Source: Candidatus Thorarchaeota archaeon (GTDB lineage Archaea > Asgardarchaeota > Thorarchaeia > Thorarchaeales > Thorarchaeaceae). Taken from it: a DNA stretch of 64,000 bases. Of the stretch, positions 47,835 through 57,572 are shown in pieces (within the stretch, counting starts at the first letter, position 1; each line of letters opens with the position of its first letter). Under the pieces are notes generated by a model. It was not told the DNA's origin and did no database searches. It saw nothing but the letters and a program-made list of their open reading frames with translations. The stretch spans positions 42,423 through 106,422 of the forward strand of contig JBHLRP010000006.1 in the NCBI GenBank assembly GCA_048882485.1, written 5' to 3'. A program made the position numbers and the translations under genes.

Positions 47835-48587
47835 TTAGCCATGAACTCGTGCTTCTTTCATTTGACGTCTGAGACTTGTCCAATCACCCATTTTGTCGAG
47901 TACTATCCTGTCCGATAGCGCATCTTCAACAGCGCCGTCAAACACAATCCTTCCTTGATCAATGACGGCAACGGAATCCGCCCAGTTTTCTAGAAAGAAG
48001 CGGTTATGGGTTGTGTATAGAATGCTAATCCCCTCCTGCCGGAGATCTCTAATGATGTCCACAATCCCTGTAATCATTGGAAAGTCTAACCCTGCGAATG
48101 GCTCATCCAGAATCAGGATACTGGGGTGCATTGCAACAATCCCTGCCAGTGCTACTCTCTTCGCCTGGCCGTGACTCATCTCGTTTACGGGTCTATCAAT
48201 GAAATCACTCATTCCCACTTTCTCCAGAGACCACTCCACCCGTTTTGCCACCTCTTCTTCACTCAATCCTAGATTCATCGGACCAAATGCAACGTCTTCC
48301 CACACAGTTGGGGCAAATAGCTGATCATCTGGATTCTGAAAGAGAAATCCTATGTTTTGTCGAATCTCCCATAGGTTTTCACGAGTGACCTTTCTATCGT
48401 GGACAAAGATTGCTCCAGAATACGGCTCTAATAGACCCATTATCAGCTTGAACAGCGTGGTCTTTCCAGAACCATTCTGACCTACAACTGCCTTCTGTTC
48501 TCCCATATGTAGCTGAAGGCTGATGTCTTCCATCTTGAATTCGTCATATCTGAAGTACACTTTGCTTACATCAATTGCACAAGTCAT
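47835..48587 (-). CDS. cbiO: ECF transporter ATPase (CbiO/NikO)
   Basis: GQNGSGKT, FQNPDDQLFAPTV, MSHGQAKRVALAG. Confidence 0.92.
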   Translation of the reverse strand: MTCAIDVSKVYFRYDEFKMEDISLQLHMGEQKAVVGQNGSGKTTLFKLIMGLLEPYSGAIFVHDRKVTRENLWEIRQNIGFLFQNPDDQLFAPTVWEDVAFGPMNLGLSEEEVAKRVEWSLEKVGMSDFIDRPVNEMSHGQAKRVALAGIVAMHPSILILDEPFAGLDFPMITGIVDIIRDLRQEGISILYTTHNRFFLENWADSVAVIDQGRIVFDGAVEDALSDRIVLDKMGDWTSLRRQMKEARVHG

Positions 48588-50362
48588 ATCATAATTGCCT
48601 CCAAAACTGGTGGTATTAGGAATATCATCGCCATTAGAAGAGAAATGATTAGAATGGGCAGCACCGAGTCTGACCGCCTGAACCCTCCACTGGTGACCAT
48701 CATGCCTTTTCCAAAGCCTCTCAAAGTCATCGAATCGTAGACCATTGCACTTCGGTCAAAGGCTCTATCAATTGTGGTGCCAGCTAGATAACCCATTGAA
48801 CGAATTCGATTCAAGCCTGTTCCGCGTTCATAGCCCCGAAGTGATTGCGCCTCCTGCATTCGATTTCGCTCTTCAATGAATAGAGGAACATATCGGAACA
48901 TAATGAGCATGGAGCCAAGAATTGCAGTAGGAATTTTGAGCGTCTTGAGAGCACCTATGAATTCACTCAGAGTCATATGGGACAGAGCTGCTAGAAAGGT
49001 CAGTAGGATAGCAAACATCCGCATTCCTAATAATACTCCAAGGAATAGTCCCTCCCAATATGCATGGATGTGACCCCATGGAAATTGTAGGGTGAAGAGA
49101 ATTGTACTGCCAAATAGAAATGGCTCAAGAATAATCCAGAAGAGAATGATTGCTTCGAACTTGGCTGCCATTGAGATAGATCTTCTCCAATTTGTACCTG
49201 ACATTACGCCAGTACCCAAAACCAGAACGATGAGAATAGATAGCATGATGATGCTGTTCTGAATCGTAATGGCTATTGCTAATGCAATAGCAGAAACCAG
49301 GATTCCGGCTGGAGAGAATGGTGTGGGAGATCGTTTTCCTTCTGCGAATGGCAACAGAAACTTACCTGTTTCCGGCCCATGAGAACGTGAGTCGTGTGCA
49401 GCTCTTCGAAATAGAATGAGCCCCAATCCTAGGGCGGCAAGAATGCCGATGGATCCGGTGACCATGTCAATCACAGGGCCCTCGCCAAACTGAGACCAGA
49501 TTCCTGGAAAGCCAACCTCTGGGTCGGTTATGCCAGCAAACTCAAAGAAGGCCCATTCAAAGCCATCTGGATTTTCAGATGCAAACCCGCTGAAAATGGC
49601 CAGTCCCACCAAGGTAATGGTGAGCACTGTTGATGCAATCAAGGGTTTTAGCGAGGTCTCCTTCTTCAAGGGTTCACTATCCTGATCTGGCTCTTCAGAC
49701 GTAGTCATTTCTCGCGATTCAGATGGCCTCAAGAAGGATACTAGACTTGGTTTTGCCTTGACAAAATAGAGGAGTATCACTGTGGTCAGTATTGCTTCTC
49801 CAATTCCTATGATAACATGAACAGAAGTCAGTGCAAGCAGAACCTCAGTCCCAAAGCCAGGTATTGTGAGCAGCTGGAGGCCTAGTAAGAACGCAGCGCT
49901 AACAGTCACTATGAATGACGCAGCAGCCGCTGAGAATAGAGTAGCCACCTTCTTGTTTGATACTCTTGTCGCAACTCTGAAAAACATGAAAGCAAGACCA
50001 TATCCCAAAAAGACTGCGAATACACCCATGTTGAAGAAGTTGAGTCCGAAGGTGATAATGCCTCCATCGCCGTAGAGTGCTTGTACGAAAAGCACAAGCG
50101 CCATAATCAAAGCTGCGACCCATGGGCCCACCATTATAGCGAGAAGAGTTGAGCCAACAAGATGGCCACTTGAGAATGGCGGAACTGGGAAATTAATTAG
50201 CTGAGCTGCGAAAATGACTGCTGCAAGAACTCCCATGTAGGGCACCAATCGGTCATCGAACTTCTTGTTCACTACCCGCAACGACAGAACTATTGTAGCC
50301 CCACTGACTATTAGCAGAAATATCTGTAGCCAGAGTGGTACTATGCCGTCGGGTACATGCAA
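48584..50362 (-). CDS. Fused Ni/Co ECF substrate (CbiM/NikM) + PDGLE (NikN) + T (CbiQ/NikQ) component
   Basis: N-terminal MHVPDG, SSGHLVG, ASENPDGFE, FRYVPLF...AQSLRG...MTLRGF. Confidence 0.88.
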   Translation of the reverse strand: MHVPDGIVPLWLQIFLLIVSGATIVLSLRVVNKKFDDRLVPYMGVLAAVIFAAQLINFPVPPFSSGHLVGSTLLAIMVGPWVAALIMALVLFVQALYGDGGIITFGLNFFNMGVFAVFLGYGLAFMFFRVATRVSNKKVATLFSAAAASFIVTVSAAFLLGLQLLTIPGFGTEVLLALTSVHVIIGIGEAILTTVILLYFVKAKPSLVSFLRPSESREMTTSEEPDQDSEPLKKETSLKPLIASTVLTITLVGLAIFSGFASENPDGFEWAFFEFAGITDPEVGFPGIWSQFGEGPVIDMVTGSIGILAALGLGLILFRRAAHDSRSHGPETGKFLLPFAEGKRSPTPFSPAGILVSAIALAIAITIQNSIIMLSILIVLVLGTGVMSGTNWRRSISMAAKFEAIILFWIILEPFLFGSTILFTLQFPWGHIHAYWEGLFLGVLLGMRMFAILLTFLAALSHMTLSEFIGALKTLKIPTAILGSMLIMFRYVPLFIEERNRMQEAQSLRGYERGTGLNRIRSMGYLAGTTIDRAFDRSAMVYDSMTLRGFGKGMMVTSGGFRRSDSVLPILIISLLMAMIFLIPPVLEAIMI

Positions 50363-50405
50363 TTTTCTCTTCTCTCCAAGATTATTTCTGAACGAAGCCT
50401 TTATG

Positions 50406-50456
50406 TGTGTTACTTTTCATCAATTCGTGCCACTCATAGAGTCGGTTGTGTTACTT
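50406..50456. promoter_or_regulatory. Candidate NikR operator (TGTGTTACTT twice)
   Basis: Exact 10-mer at 50406 and 50447 between divergent nikMNQ and nikR. Confidence 0.45.
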
Positions 50457-50472
50457 ACGTTCGGTGGTGTGA

Positions 50473-50922
50473 TTGTTGTCAAAAGAACATGAGTTGAAAC
50501 GGTTCGGAGTATCAATACCAACAGACCTTCTCAAACAGTTCGACGCTCTTGTCAAAGCCAAGCGATATGTTGGGAGATCTGAAGCCATAAGAGATGCCAT
50601 GAGGCTATTCATCTCCCAATGGGAGATTGAGAACAATCAAGAAGGCAATGCGGCTACTCTTAGTGTTGTCTACAGGCATAGAGCCAAGCTTATGGCTGAG
50701 TTGACAAACACACAACATGACTCACCTGCGAACGTGATATCCACTATGCATGTTCATCTCACACCATCCCACTGCATGGAGGTGCTTACTCTAAATGGAT
50801 CGCAGGAAGACATCCAGAAACTCGCAGACCGAGTGAGTGGGCTATCCGGCGTTGAGTTCACGAAGCTCTTTTCATTTGTGATACCGGAGTCCTCAGAGAA
50901 CGACCATGCCCATCATCATTGA
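50473..50922 (+). CDS. nikR: Nickel-responsive regulator NikR
   Basis: RFGVSIP, RSEAIRDA, QHD, HVHL..SHCMEV. Confidence 0.93.
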   Translation: MLSKEHELKRFGVSIPTDLLKQFDALVKAKRYVGRSEAIRDAMRLFISQWEIENNQEGNAATLSVVYRHRAKLMAELTNTQHDSPANVISTMHVHLTPSHCMEVLTLNGSQEDIQKLADRVSGLSGVEFTKLFSFVIPESSENDHAHHH

Positions 50923-50928
50923 GAGAAA

Positions 50929-51519
50929 CTAGTTCATCTCACTGATAACCTCAAACATCCGCGACATATCAGGACAAGCATTGCTAGTCACTTTCAAGAC
51001 CTCAATATGGCGGAGTCTTCCTTCCTTGTCCACCAAGAAGACTGCCCTCTTCCCATACCCTTCTTTGGGCACAAAACAATCATACTTCAATGTTGCATCT
51101 CCAAGAGGAACATAATCAGCTAGAACGGGAAAACCCAAATCACCTACTTCATCCAGCCATTGCCTGTTTTTCTCCACTGAAGCCATGTTGATAGCCAATA
51201 CTTGTGTATCAGCAGCCTCAAACTGAGTGAGATACTCCTGATAGAATGTGAAGCTGTCCTTGCATCCTGAATTCAAATCACCTGGATGCAGGGCAACTAG
51301 AACATTCTTCCGTCCCCTGAAATCGGAAAGACGAACACTCTTGCCATTCTGGTCTGGTAGGTTGAAGTCAGGCGCTTCTTCTCCAAGGTTCAGACACACA
51401 TTCTGTTCTCGCAATAGCATCTTTTGAGTCACTTCGAATCGTTTGGTATTAAGAAGCTGGTCTATACTTATCAAGTTAACTATTGTTATTGTGCTTATAG
51501 GGATTATGGACATAGTCAA
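50929..51519 (-). CDS. Peroxiredoxin/AhpC-TSA redoxin (real start likely ~51390-51420)
   Basis: GEEAPDFNLPDQNG, PGDLNSGC, RAVFLVDKEG. Confidence 0.85.
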   Translation of the reverse strand: MTMSIIPISTITIVNLISIDQLLNTKRFEVTQKMLLREQNVCLNLGEEAPDFNLPDQNGKSVRLSDFRGRKNVLVALHPGDLNSGCKDSFTFYQEYLTQFEAADTQVLAINMASVEKNRQWLDEVGDLGFPVLADYVPLGDATLKYDCFVPKEGYGKRAVFLVDKEGRLRHIEVLKVTSNACPDMSRMFEVISEMN

Positions 51520-52524
51520 AAGCGGGAAATGGATGAGTTCAAGGCGATGACTACTAATCCGCTAATTGAGATTGCAGACGGGATTCAGCTCTTCATCCCC
51601 CCTCCAGACAGAATCGCAGGGTGGAGAAGGTCAGGCAATGTAGTCATCCTAGACATCAACAAGTCCTTGTTCCTCATAGATTCTGGAGGGCCTTCAGCAA
51701 GAAAGCAAATCAAATCCATAGTCCGGTCATTTCTTGCAGATGGAAGCCAGGACATCTACTGTGTACATACTCATGGCCATATCGACCACATGGCGGGAGC
51801 GCATCCACTGCAGGAATCCTTCGGAGCAAGCATATGGGCTCCTAAAGAAGCAGTCCCATTTGTGATGAAGCAATCACCGATCTTTCTAGAGAGGGAACAG
51901 GATTCGCTCGTGGTTTCGTTTAGTGAACTTTTCACGGCGCCATCATGGTTTGTTAGAGGTGCGATGTGGGCAACATTGGGACGCAATCGACCTCTTGTTG
52001 ATGTGAAGCCAATCAGCAGATGCGACAGTTTGGATGAAACTGGATTTCGCCCAATTGCACTCCCGGGCCATCATTTCGGGCACACCGGATTCTACAGTGA
52101 TGAGGAAGGAATACTGGTTGCTGGAGACCTCATGGATCCACGCCACAAGATGAAACCAATTCTGACTTCGCCATCGTCAGACTTTGTGGAGTTGAGAGAT
52201 TCTCTAAATATTACAAGACAACTGGCGCCATCCACAATTCTACCCGGTCACGGATTTCCTATTCAAGGAGATGATGAAATCCAACAGGCCATTGAAAAAG
52301 CTGAGGCGATAATGGATGGGGCTTTACAGGCAGTGATTGAGATTCTGGAAAAAGCCCCTGTCACACTCGCAGAGATTTCCAATAGGATGGTGAGAAAAGG
52401 AATTGGTCCGGGAGATGTCTTCAGAAGAATGTTCATCCATAGCATTCTAAGACATCTAATGGAAACAGGGAAGGCGTCTAGACAAACCAAGGCAAGAGGG
52501 AAGACAGTGTTCTCTCTCCAATGA
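51424..52524 (+). CDS. MBL-fold metallo-hydrolase (start likely 51529/51547)
   Basis: THGHIDH, PGHHFGH, AGD, PGHG. Confidence 0.88.
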   Translation: MSHFESFGIKKLVYTYQVNYCYCAYRDYGHSQKREMDEFKAMTTNPLIEIADGIQLFIPPPDRIAGWRRSGNVVILDINKSLFLIDSGGPSARKQIKSIVRSFLADGSQDIYCVHTHGHIDHMAGAHPLQESFGASIWAPKEAVPFVMKQSPIFLEREQDSLVVSFSELFTAPSWFVRGAMWATLGRNRPLVDVKPISRCDSLDETGFRPIALPGHHFGHTGFYSDEEGILVAGDLMDPRHKMKPILTSPSSDFVELRDSLNITRQLAPSTILPGHGFPIQGDDEIQQAIEKAEAIMDGALQAVIEILEKAPVTLAEISNRMVRKGIGPGDVFRRMFIHSILRHLMETGKASRQTKARGKTVFSLQ

Positions 52525-52526
52525 AA

Positions 52527-54146
52527 CTAGGAGTCTGTTTCTTTAAGCGCAGACCGCAGGATTTTGCCATCTTCAGCAATAGGCAGTGATTCTCGGATAA
52601 TTACCTCTTTTGGTTTCTTGTATGATGCCATCTTTCCTGTACACCATTCGAGAATCTCATTCTCAGTTATATCTGATCCCGGCTTGGGTACAACAAATGC
52701 ACGCACCACTTCTCCCCATGTTCTATCCGGAATGCCTAAAATCACTGCAGATTCAACATTTGGATGCTGAGAGATCAACTCCTCAACCTCTGCTGGGAAG
52801 ACTTTCTCACCTCCAGAAAAGATCACCTCACTCTTCCGTTCCACATAATAGTAATTGCCCTCCTCATCAGTTCTGAATAGGTCTCCAGTCCGAAACCACT
52901 CACCCTCAAAGGAGTCTTTGGTCATGGCTTCATCATCATGGTAGCCGCTCATGAGAGAGGGGCTTCGATATATCGCCTCACCCACCTCTCCAGGTTTCAC
53001 ATCGTCTCCCATTTCGTTGACTACTCTCATCTCAACGCCGCTGATTGGCTTTCCTATGTACCCCTCTGTGATTCTGGGAATGTCATCAACAGTGAGGAAA
53101 GAATAGATGGCTGCGCCTATATTCTCAGTCTGACCGTAGCCATCGACTAATACGGTATCCGGGAATCGTGCTAGAATCTCCTTCTTCATAGAAGCTGGCA
53201 TTTTCGATCCTCCTGAAGAAAGCAATGTTACAGAGGTCATGTCATGAGATTCCAAATCTGGGTAGTCCAGGAGCATTCTAAACTGGGTGGGCACCATGAA
53301 TACTGCTGTTATCTTCTCCCGTTCAATGATTTCAAGAATTTCCAGAGGTGAGAAGCTCAAAGACTTTGGAAAGACAACTGGTCGCTTCATTGCAGCCATG
53401 ATAATAGCTGGCATGAATCCTGACAAGTGGTACAACGGTGTAGGAACAAGGAACTTGAGCTCGTGCTCTGTAGGGAGAAGTGCAGATTCTGGAACTTTGC
53501 CTTCGAAAATGAGACTAAGACCGTGGTCGGGTATCAGCGTACAGGCATCAAGCAGAGCTTGATGGGAGAAATTTGTCCCTTTCGGAAGACCTGTAGTACC
53601 CCCAGTAAAGAGTTGGACACTCAAATCCTCATTCGAAACTGAAACGGACGGCGGTTCCTGTGAGACTCCACCAACGAAATCATCCCAAGATTTGATAGTT
53701 CTGTCCATATCAGTGGAGCCTCCGACTACGACGAGCAGGGGTCGCCCCTCTACATCAGGAAAAGCATCAAGGACCTGTGCCATATAATGGACACTAGTGA
53801 TGCAGACAGAGGGCTTGCCGGTATAGAACACATGTCGTATCTCTCTTCCAACAAATCTTGTACTGATTGGAGCGGGCACCATGCCAGCACGTTGAGTCCC
53901 ATATAGAGCCGCAAGGTATTCAGGGCGGTTCTCCATTATGATGGCAACTCTCATTCCTTTTGAAGAGGGGTACTCCCTCAATAGAGAATTTGCTAAAACT
54001 GAGATACTGGTATCAACATCTGACCACGTGAGGTGGTCATCGCCGTAGACGACAGCTAGCATGTCACCGTAGTCCTGCGCATTTCTGCTTAGAAGATCAC
54101 AGAATGCCCTAAGCGGGACATCCTCGCCTACATCAGGAGGGCTCAT
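52527..54146 (-). CDS. Acyl-CoA synthetase (AMP-binding)
   Basis: FTGGTTGLPKG, YGQTE, TGDL, SGGEKVFPAEVE. Confidence 0.93.
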   Translation of the reverse strand: MSPPDVGEDVPLRAFCDLLSRNAQDYGDMLAVVYGDDHLTWSDVDTSISVLANSLLREYPSSKGMRVAIIMENRPEYLAALYGTQRAGMVPAPISTRFVGREIRHVFYTGKPSVCITSVHYMAQVLDAFPDVEGRPLLVVVGGSTDMDRTIKSWDDFVGGVSQEPPSVSVSNEDLSVQLFTGGTTGLPKGTNFSHQALLDACTLIPDHGLSLIFEGKVPESALLPTEHELKFLVPTPLYHLSGFMPAIIMAAMKRPVVFPKSLSFSPLEILEIIEREKITAVFMVPTQFRMLLDYPDLESHDMTSVTLLSSGGSKMPASMKKEILARFPDTVLVDGYGQTENIGAAIYSFLTVDDIPRITEGYIGKPISGVEMRVVNEMGDDVKPGEVGEAIYRSPSLMSGYHDDEAMTKDSFEGEWFRTGDLFRTDEEGNYYYVERKSEVIFSGGEKVFPAEVEELISQHPNVESAVILGIPDRTWGEVVRAFVVPKPGSDITENEILEWCTGKMASYKKPKEVIIRESLPIAEDGKILRSALKETDS

Positions 54147-54499
54147 TTCATCAATGCCTGAAGTTTGATTAGATCGTTCATGGGTCCCTTGGCCTTTATC
54201 TTCCCACCCATGAAGGCCCGGGTTGGACTCAGAGACCCATCCATAATTGCCATGATGGATTCTGTAGTGGTAGTTATCACTAGTTCAGCACTGTCATTAA
54301 CACCATCGGTGATTGCGGCAGTCCCTCCCTGGAACACAATATGGCAGGTTGCTTCTTCGTTGTCAGTGAAGTGGAACTGAAGGACCTTGTTGAAGTCCGC
54401 AAAACGCGACTGATATTTTGGATCCTCCATCTTGCCTACCATCTTCTCTAATGAGGACATCACCTCGTCTTTTGTTGGCATTTCTTTCACATCCTTCAT
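54143..54499 (-). CDS. SCP2 sterol/lipid-binding domain protein
   Basis: IMDGSLSPTRAFMGGKIKAKG. Confidence 0.9.
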   Translation of the reverse strand: MKDVKEMPTKDEVMSSLEKMVGKMEDPKYQSRFADFNKVLQFHFTDNEEATCHIVFQGGTAAITDGVNDSAELVITTTTESIMAIMDGSLSPTRAFMGGKIKAKGPMNDLIKLQALMK

Positions 54500-54513
54500 T
54501 CAGATTGAGTCAC

Positions 54514-55272
54514 TTATTTTCCCTTCCATTCTGCGGGACGTTTCTCCATCCAAGCTTCAAAACCTTCGATAACATCCTCGGAACGGAAGAGCTCGTTGAA
54601 TGGCTCCCAAAGAGCTCCAATTTCCCTGATTCCTCTTCTGAGAAACTCCTTGGTTAGCTTCTGTGATAACGGAGCCACAAGTTTGATCTCTTCACAAAGC
54701 TCGGTCACTTCTTTCGCTAGGTCATCGTGAGGCACAACCTTGTTCACTAGGCCCATTCGATAGGCTTCCTGTGCATCAATGGATCGACCAGTGAAGGTGA
54801 GCTCTTTGATGTAACGCATATTGTACTCGTGCGCTCTAATGATTAGCAGACCAGACATCAATCCTCGGCGATTTTCTCGAAATGCAAATACTGCCTTGTC
54901 AGAAGCAATCACGAGGTCACAAAACAATGTAAGCTCAAATCCTCCTGCGTAGGCATGGCCATTTACCGCCGCGATGACAGGTTTTGGATATCTCTGAAGC
55001 AGCTCTATTGGATCCAGGATGACACTCAAAAATTCACCAAGTCCTTGAAAGCCTACAGTACTCATTTCTTTGATGTCCAGTCCAGCACTAAACGCTGTGC
55101 CCTCTCCAGTAATGACCAATGCCCTCACAGTATAGTCATCATATGTGTCCTGCAAGACTTGCATTAGCTCCATCCATGTCTGACGAGATAGAGCATTTCT
55201 TACTTCAGGCCGATTGAAGGTTATCCATCCAATGCCATCCTTAACTTCGTATTTTATACATTCGAAAGTCAT
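54514..55272 (-). CDS. Enoyl-CoA hydratase/isomerase
   Basis: NRPEVRNAL, FSAGLD, AVNGHAYAGGFEL. Confidence 0.93.
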   Translation of the reverse strand: MTFECIKYEVKDGIGWITFNRPEVRNALSRQTWMELMQVLQDTYDDYTVRALVITGEGTAFSAGLDIKEMSTVGFQGLGEFLSVILDPIELLQRYPKPVIAAVNGHAYAGGFELTLFCDLVIASDKAVFAFRENRRGLMSGLLIIRAHEYNMRYIKELTFTGRSIDAQEAYRMGLVNKVVPHDDLAKEVTELCEEIKLVAPLSQKLTKEFLRRGIREIGALWEPFNELFRSEDVIEGFEAWMEKRPAEWKGK

Positions 55273-55286
55273 CTTTCATATTCCTC

Positions 55287-56519
55287 CTATAGATCCTCTG
55301 GGTCAACTCCTCTGAGCACCCTTGGTAGTATCATTGGGTCAGGATTTTTCTTGAACTCCTGTCTGCCCACGAATAGCTTTAGAATGTCGTTTCCTCCACC
55401 TGTCACCTTAGTAAGTAGGGCATTCTTCAGAATTGATGCAGCCAAGAACTCCTCGGTGTATCCATCACCTGAGAGAATGACTAGCGCATCCTCTGCTATT
55501 TCAATCAGTGCATCTGTAGAATATATCTTGCAGATTGCAGCATCGACTCCGAATTGAAACATGTCTGCAGTCCCACTATCAAGTTGAGCTGCAAGTGCGT
55601 AGAGATATGTTCGCGCTAGTTTCAGTCTAATTGCCATGTCAGCCATTCTAGTCTGAACAGTCTGATAGCGGGATATAGGCGCACCAAATTGTACTCGTCT
55701 TCGACCATAAGACCTAGCTGTTTCCATAAGCATCCTAGCTTGGCCGACTGTTGCAGCAATTCCAAGACGTTCAATGTTTAGCCCTGATGTCATCACCGTC
55801 CAACCATCGCCCTCAAAGAGTATCATGTTGTCTTCAGAGACTCTCACATCTCGAAAGCGAATGACGCTATTGAACATCTCCACGTTTCCAGTCAGCTCAT
55901 TGATCTTCTCGATTGTAATGCCGGAGGATTCTCTAGGCACAAGAAAAGCTGAGAGATGGGTATGGGTGGCCTGTGCCTCGGGTGAGGGATCAGTGACTGT
56001 ATAAGTCATCAGGTAGTCAGCTTTTGCGCCCAGTGTGATAAAGCGTTTCCAGCCATTGAGGACATACTCATCACCATCTTTCTCGGCAAAAAGCTGGACA
56101 TTGGCAGCATCATTACCCACGTCTGGCTCAGTGACGCAGATTGCAGTCCACTTCTCACCCTTCAGCATTGGAGTCAGAAACTCCTCTTTTTGTTCGGGAG
56201 AGCCGAATAGATGCACAGGGCCTCCGCCGAAGACTGTTGTGAGCAGTGGATTGATGTTTAGATAGCACCGACCAAACTCCTCATTCAGAATTGTATATCC
56301 AGTGTAGCCCTCATCCAGACCCCCATGCTCTTCTTCCACTAGCACTGCAAGAGGATGGAATCCCTTGTCAACAACAAACTTGCTGATCTCCCACTGGACC
56401 TTCATCGCCTCATTGTGGTCAATCTTATCGGCTAGAGGGCGCAGCTCGGAGTTTACAAACTCCTCAACTTCTTCAGCGAACTTCTTGTTCTTTTCAGTCC
56501 ACCATGGTAAGACTTCCAT
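55287..56519 (-). CDS. Acyl-CoA dehydrogenase
   Basis: VTEPDVGND, LNGWKRFIT, RVQFGAPI, SGDGY. Confidence 0.93.
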   Translation of the reverse strand: MEVLPWWTEKNKKFAEEVEEFVNSELRPLADKIDHNEAMKVQWEISKFVVDKGFHPLAVLVEEEHGGLDEGYTGYTILNEEFGRCYLNINPLLTTVFGGGPVHLFGSPEQKEEFLTPMLKGEKWTAICVTEPDVGNDAANVQLFAEKDGDEYVLNGWKRFITLGAKADYLMTYTVTDPSPEAQATHTHLSAFLVPRESSGITIEKINELTGNVEMFNSVIRFRDVRVSEDNMILFEGDGWTVMTSGLNIERLGIAATVGQARMLMETARSYGRRRVQFGAPISRYQTVQTRMADMAIRLKLARTYLYALAAQLDSGTADMFQFGVDAAICKIYSTDALIEIAEDALVILSGDGYTEEFLAASILKNALLTKVTGGGNDILKLFVGRQEFKKNPDPMILPRVLRGVDPEDL

Positions 56520-56532
56520 TCTTCAAGCACCT

Positions 56533-56844
56533 CTAGAATCCTGACTTATCCAGTCCATAGAGCAGGTTAACATCACCCACCCTATTCAGTCCACGCCAAG
56601 TTATCTTGGCGAGCTTTATCTTGCCTCTTGGATCAGTCCAAATGTTGACCAGTCCCTCCTTCTCCAACGCCAACAGGGCTTCATCGAAAGCTGGTACATC
56701 ATCCACTCCGAGTTTGCGCATCATATCCTCCTTTTCGGAATGAAGAGATTGTGTATACTCAAACTCCTTGGCAAGCAAAGCTAGAATACTGCCAACTAGG
56801 TCTTTAGACATTTGGCTAGTCCTCCTTTCAGAAAACCCGCGCAC
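56533..56844 (-). CDS. Small winged-helix-like protein leading the beta-oxidation operon (start probably 56811)
   Basis: ALLALEKEGLV...KITWRG. Confidence 0.55.
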   Translation of the reverse strand: MRGFSERRTSQMSKDLVGSILALLAKEFEYTQSLHSEKEDMMRKLGVDDVPAFDEALLALEKEGLVNIWTDPRGKIKLAKITWRGLNRVGDVNLLYGLDKSGF

Positions 56845-57010
56845 CCTGACTTAAATAATCTGTCAGATTTCCCCTCGAAAGAACCCAAAAAAAATGGTCT
56901 GGGTTACACTTTGTAAGTCTAGTCTTGGCTTCGCCATATAGCTAGGAAACATTCGACATTAGTTTATTAGCTAGGCCGCTTACCGAAAATTGACTACATA
57001 CGCGATGTAG

Positions 57011-57397
57011 TTGGAGGAAAGACATATGTCCGATAAACCAATGGGCGTAATGATACTTGCAATATTACAGCTTATTGGAGCGTTGCTGTACATCATAGCA
57101 GGTGCACTGTTACTGATGGTTGCAATGGAATTGGGAATGTTCGCCATACTGGCAGCATTTCCAGCTCTGATATACTTGATTGTAGGTCTAATAGGACTAA
57201 TCCTCTTCTACGGTCTATGGACCACGAAGGGATGGGCTTGGCTTTGGACACTGATTATCAACCTGCTTGGCCTCTTAGGAGGCGCCGCGCGGATTGGTGA
57301 GTTGCTCACAGATTACCTTGGTCTAGGCGGATTTGTGGTCAGTCTGATTGTAGTGATCTATCTGCTCTTGCCGTCGACCAGATCATACTTTAGGTAG
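57011..57397 (+). CDS. Four-TM small membrane protein
   Basis: PMGVMILAIL...GLWTTKGWAW...YLLLPSTRSYF; paralog of 59795..60133. Confidence 0.8.
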   Translation: MEERHMSDKPMGVMILAILQLIGALLYIIAGALLLMVAMELGMFAILAAFPALIYLIVGLIGLILFYGLWTTKGWAWLWTLIINLLGLLGGAARIGELLTDYLGLGGFVVSLIVVIYLLLPSTRSYFR

Positions 57398-57426
57398 ACC
57401 TGAAGTACAACTAGTCAATAGTTCAA

Positions 57427-57466
57427 GGGAGTTCCATCACGTGAACTCCCATTCTCCTTCTTTTTT
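57427..57466 (+). terminator. Hairpin plus T-tract
   Basis: GGGAGTTC-8nt-GAACTCCC followed by CTTCTTTTTT. Confidence 0.5.
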
Positions 57467-57572
57467 GGGATGCCGGCTGCTGGACCGATGTCTGGTGTGA
57501 ATTAACCTCGATCTGTTAGAGAAAGAGAGCCAAAACCAGAACTTGCCTGACTCAGATTATGGATGTCACTTC

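Noticed and set aside
47614-47883. 89-aa ORF on the minus strand
   Set aside because: It is a translation of the tRNA-Leu gene.
50929-51519. Selenocysteine in the peroxiredoxin
   Set aside because: The active-site residue is an ordinary Cys codon and the frame has no internal TGA.
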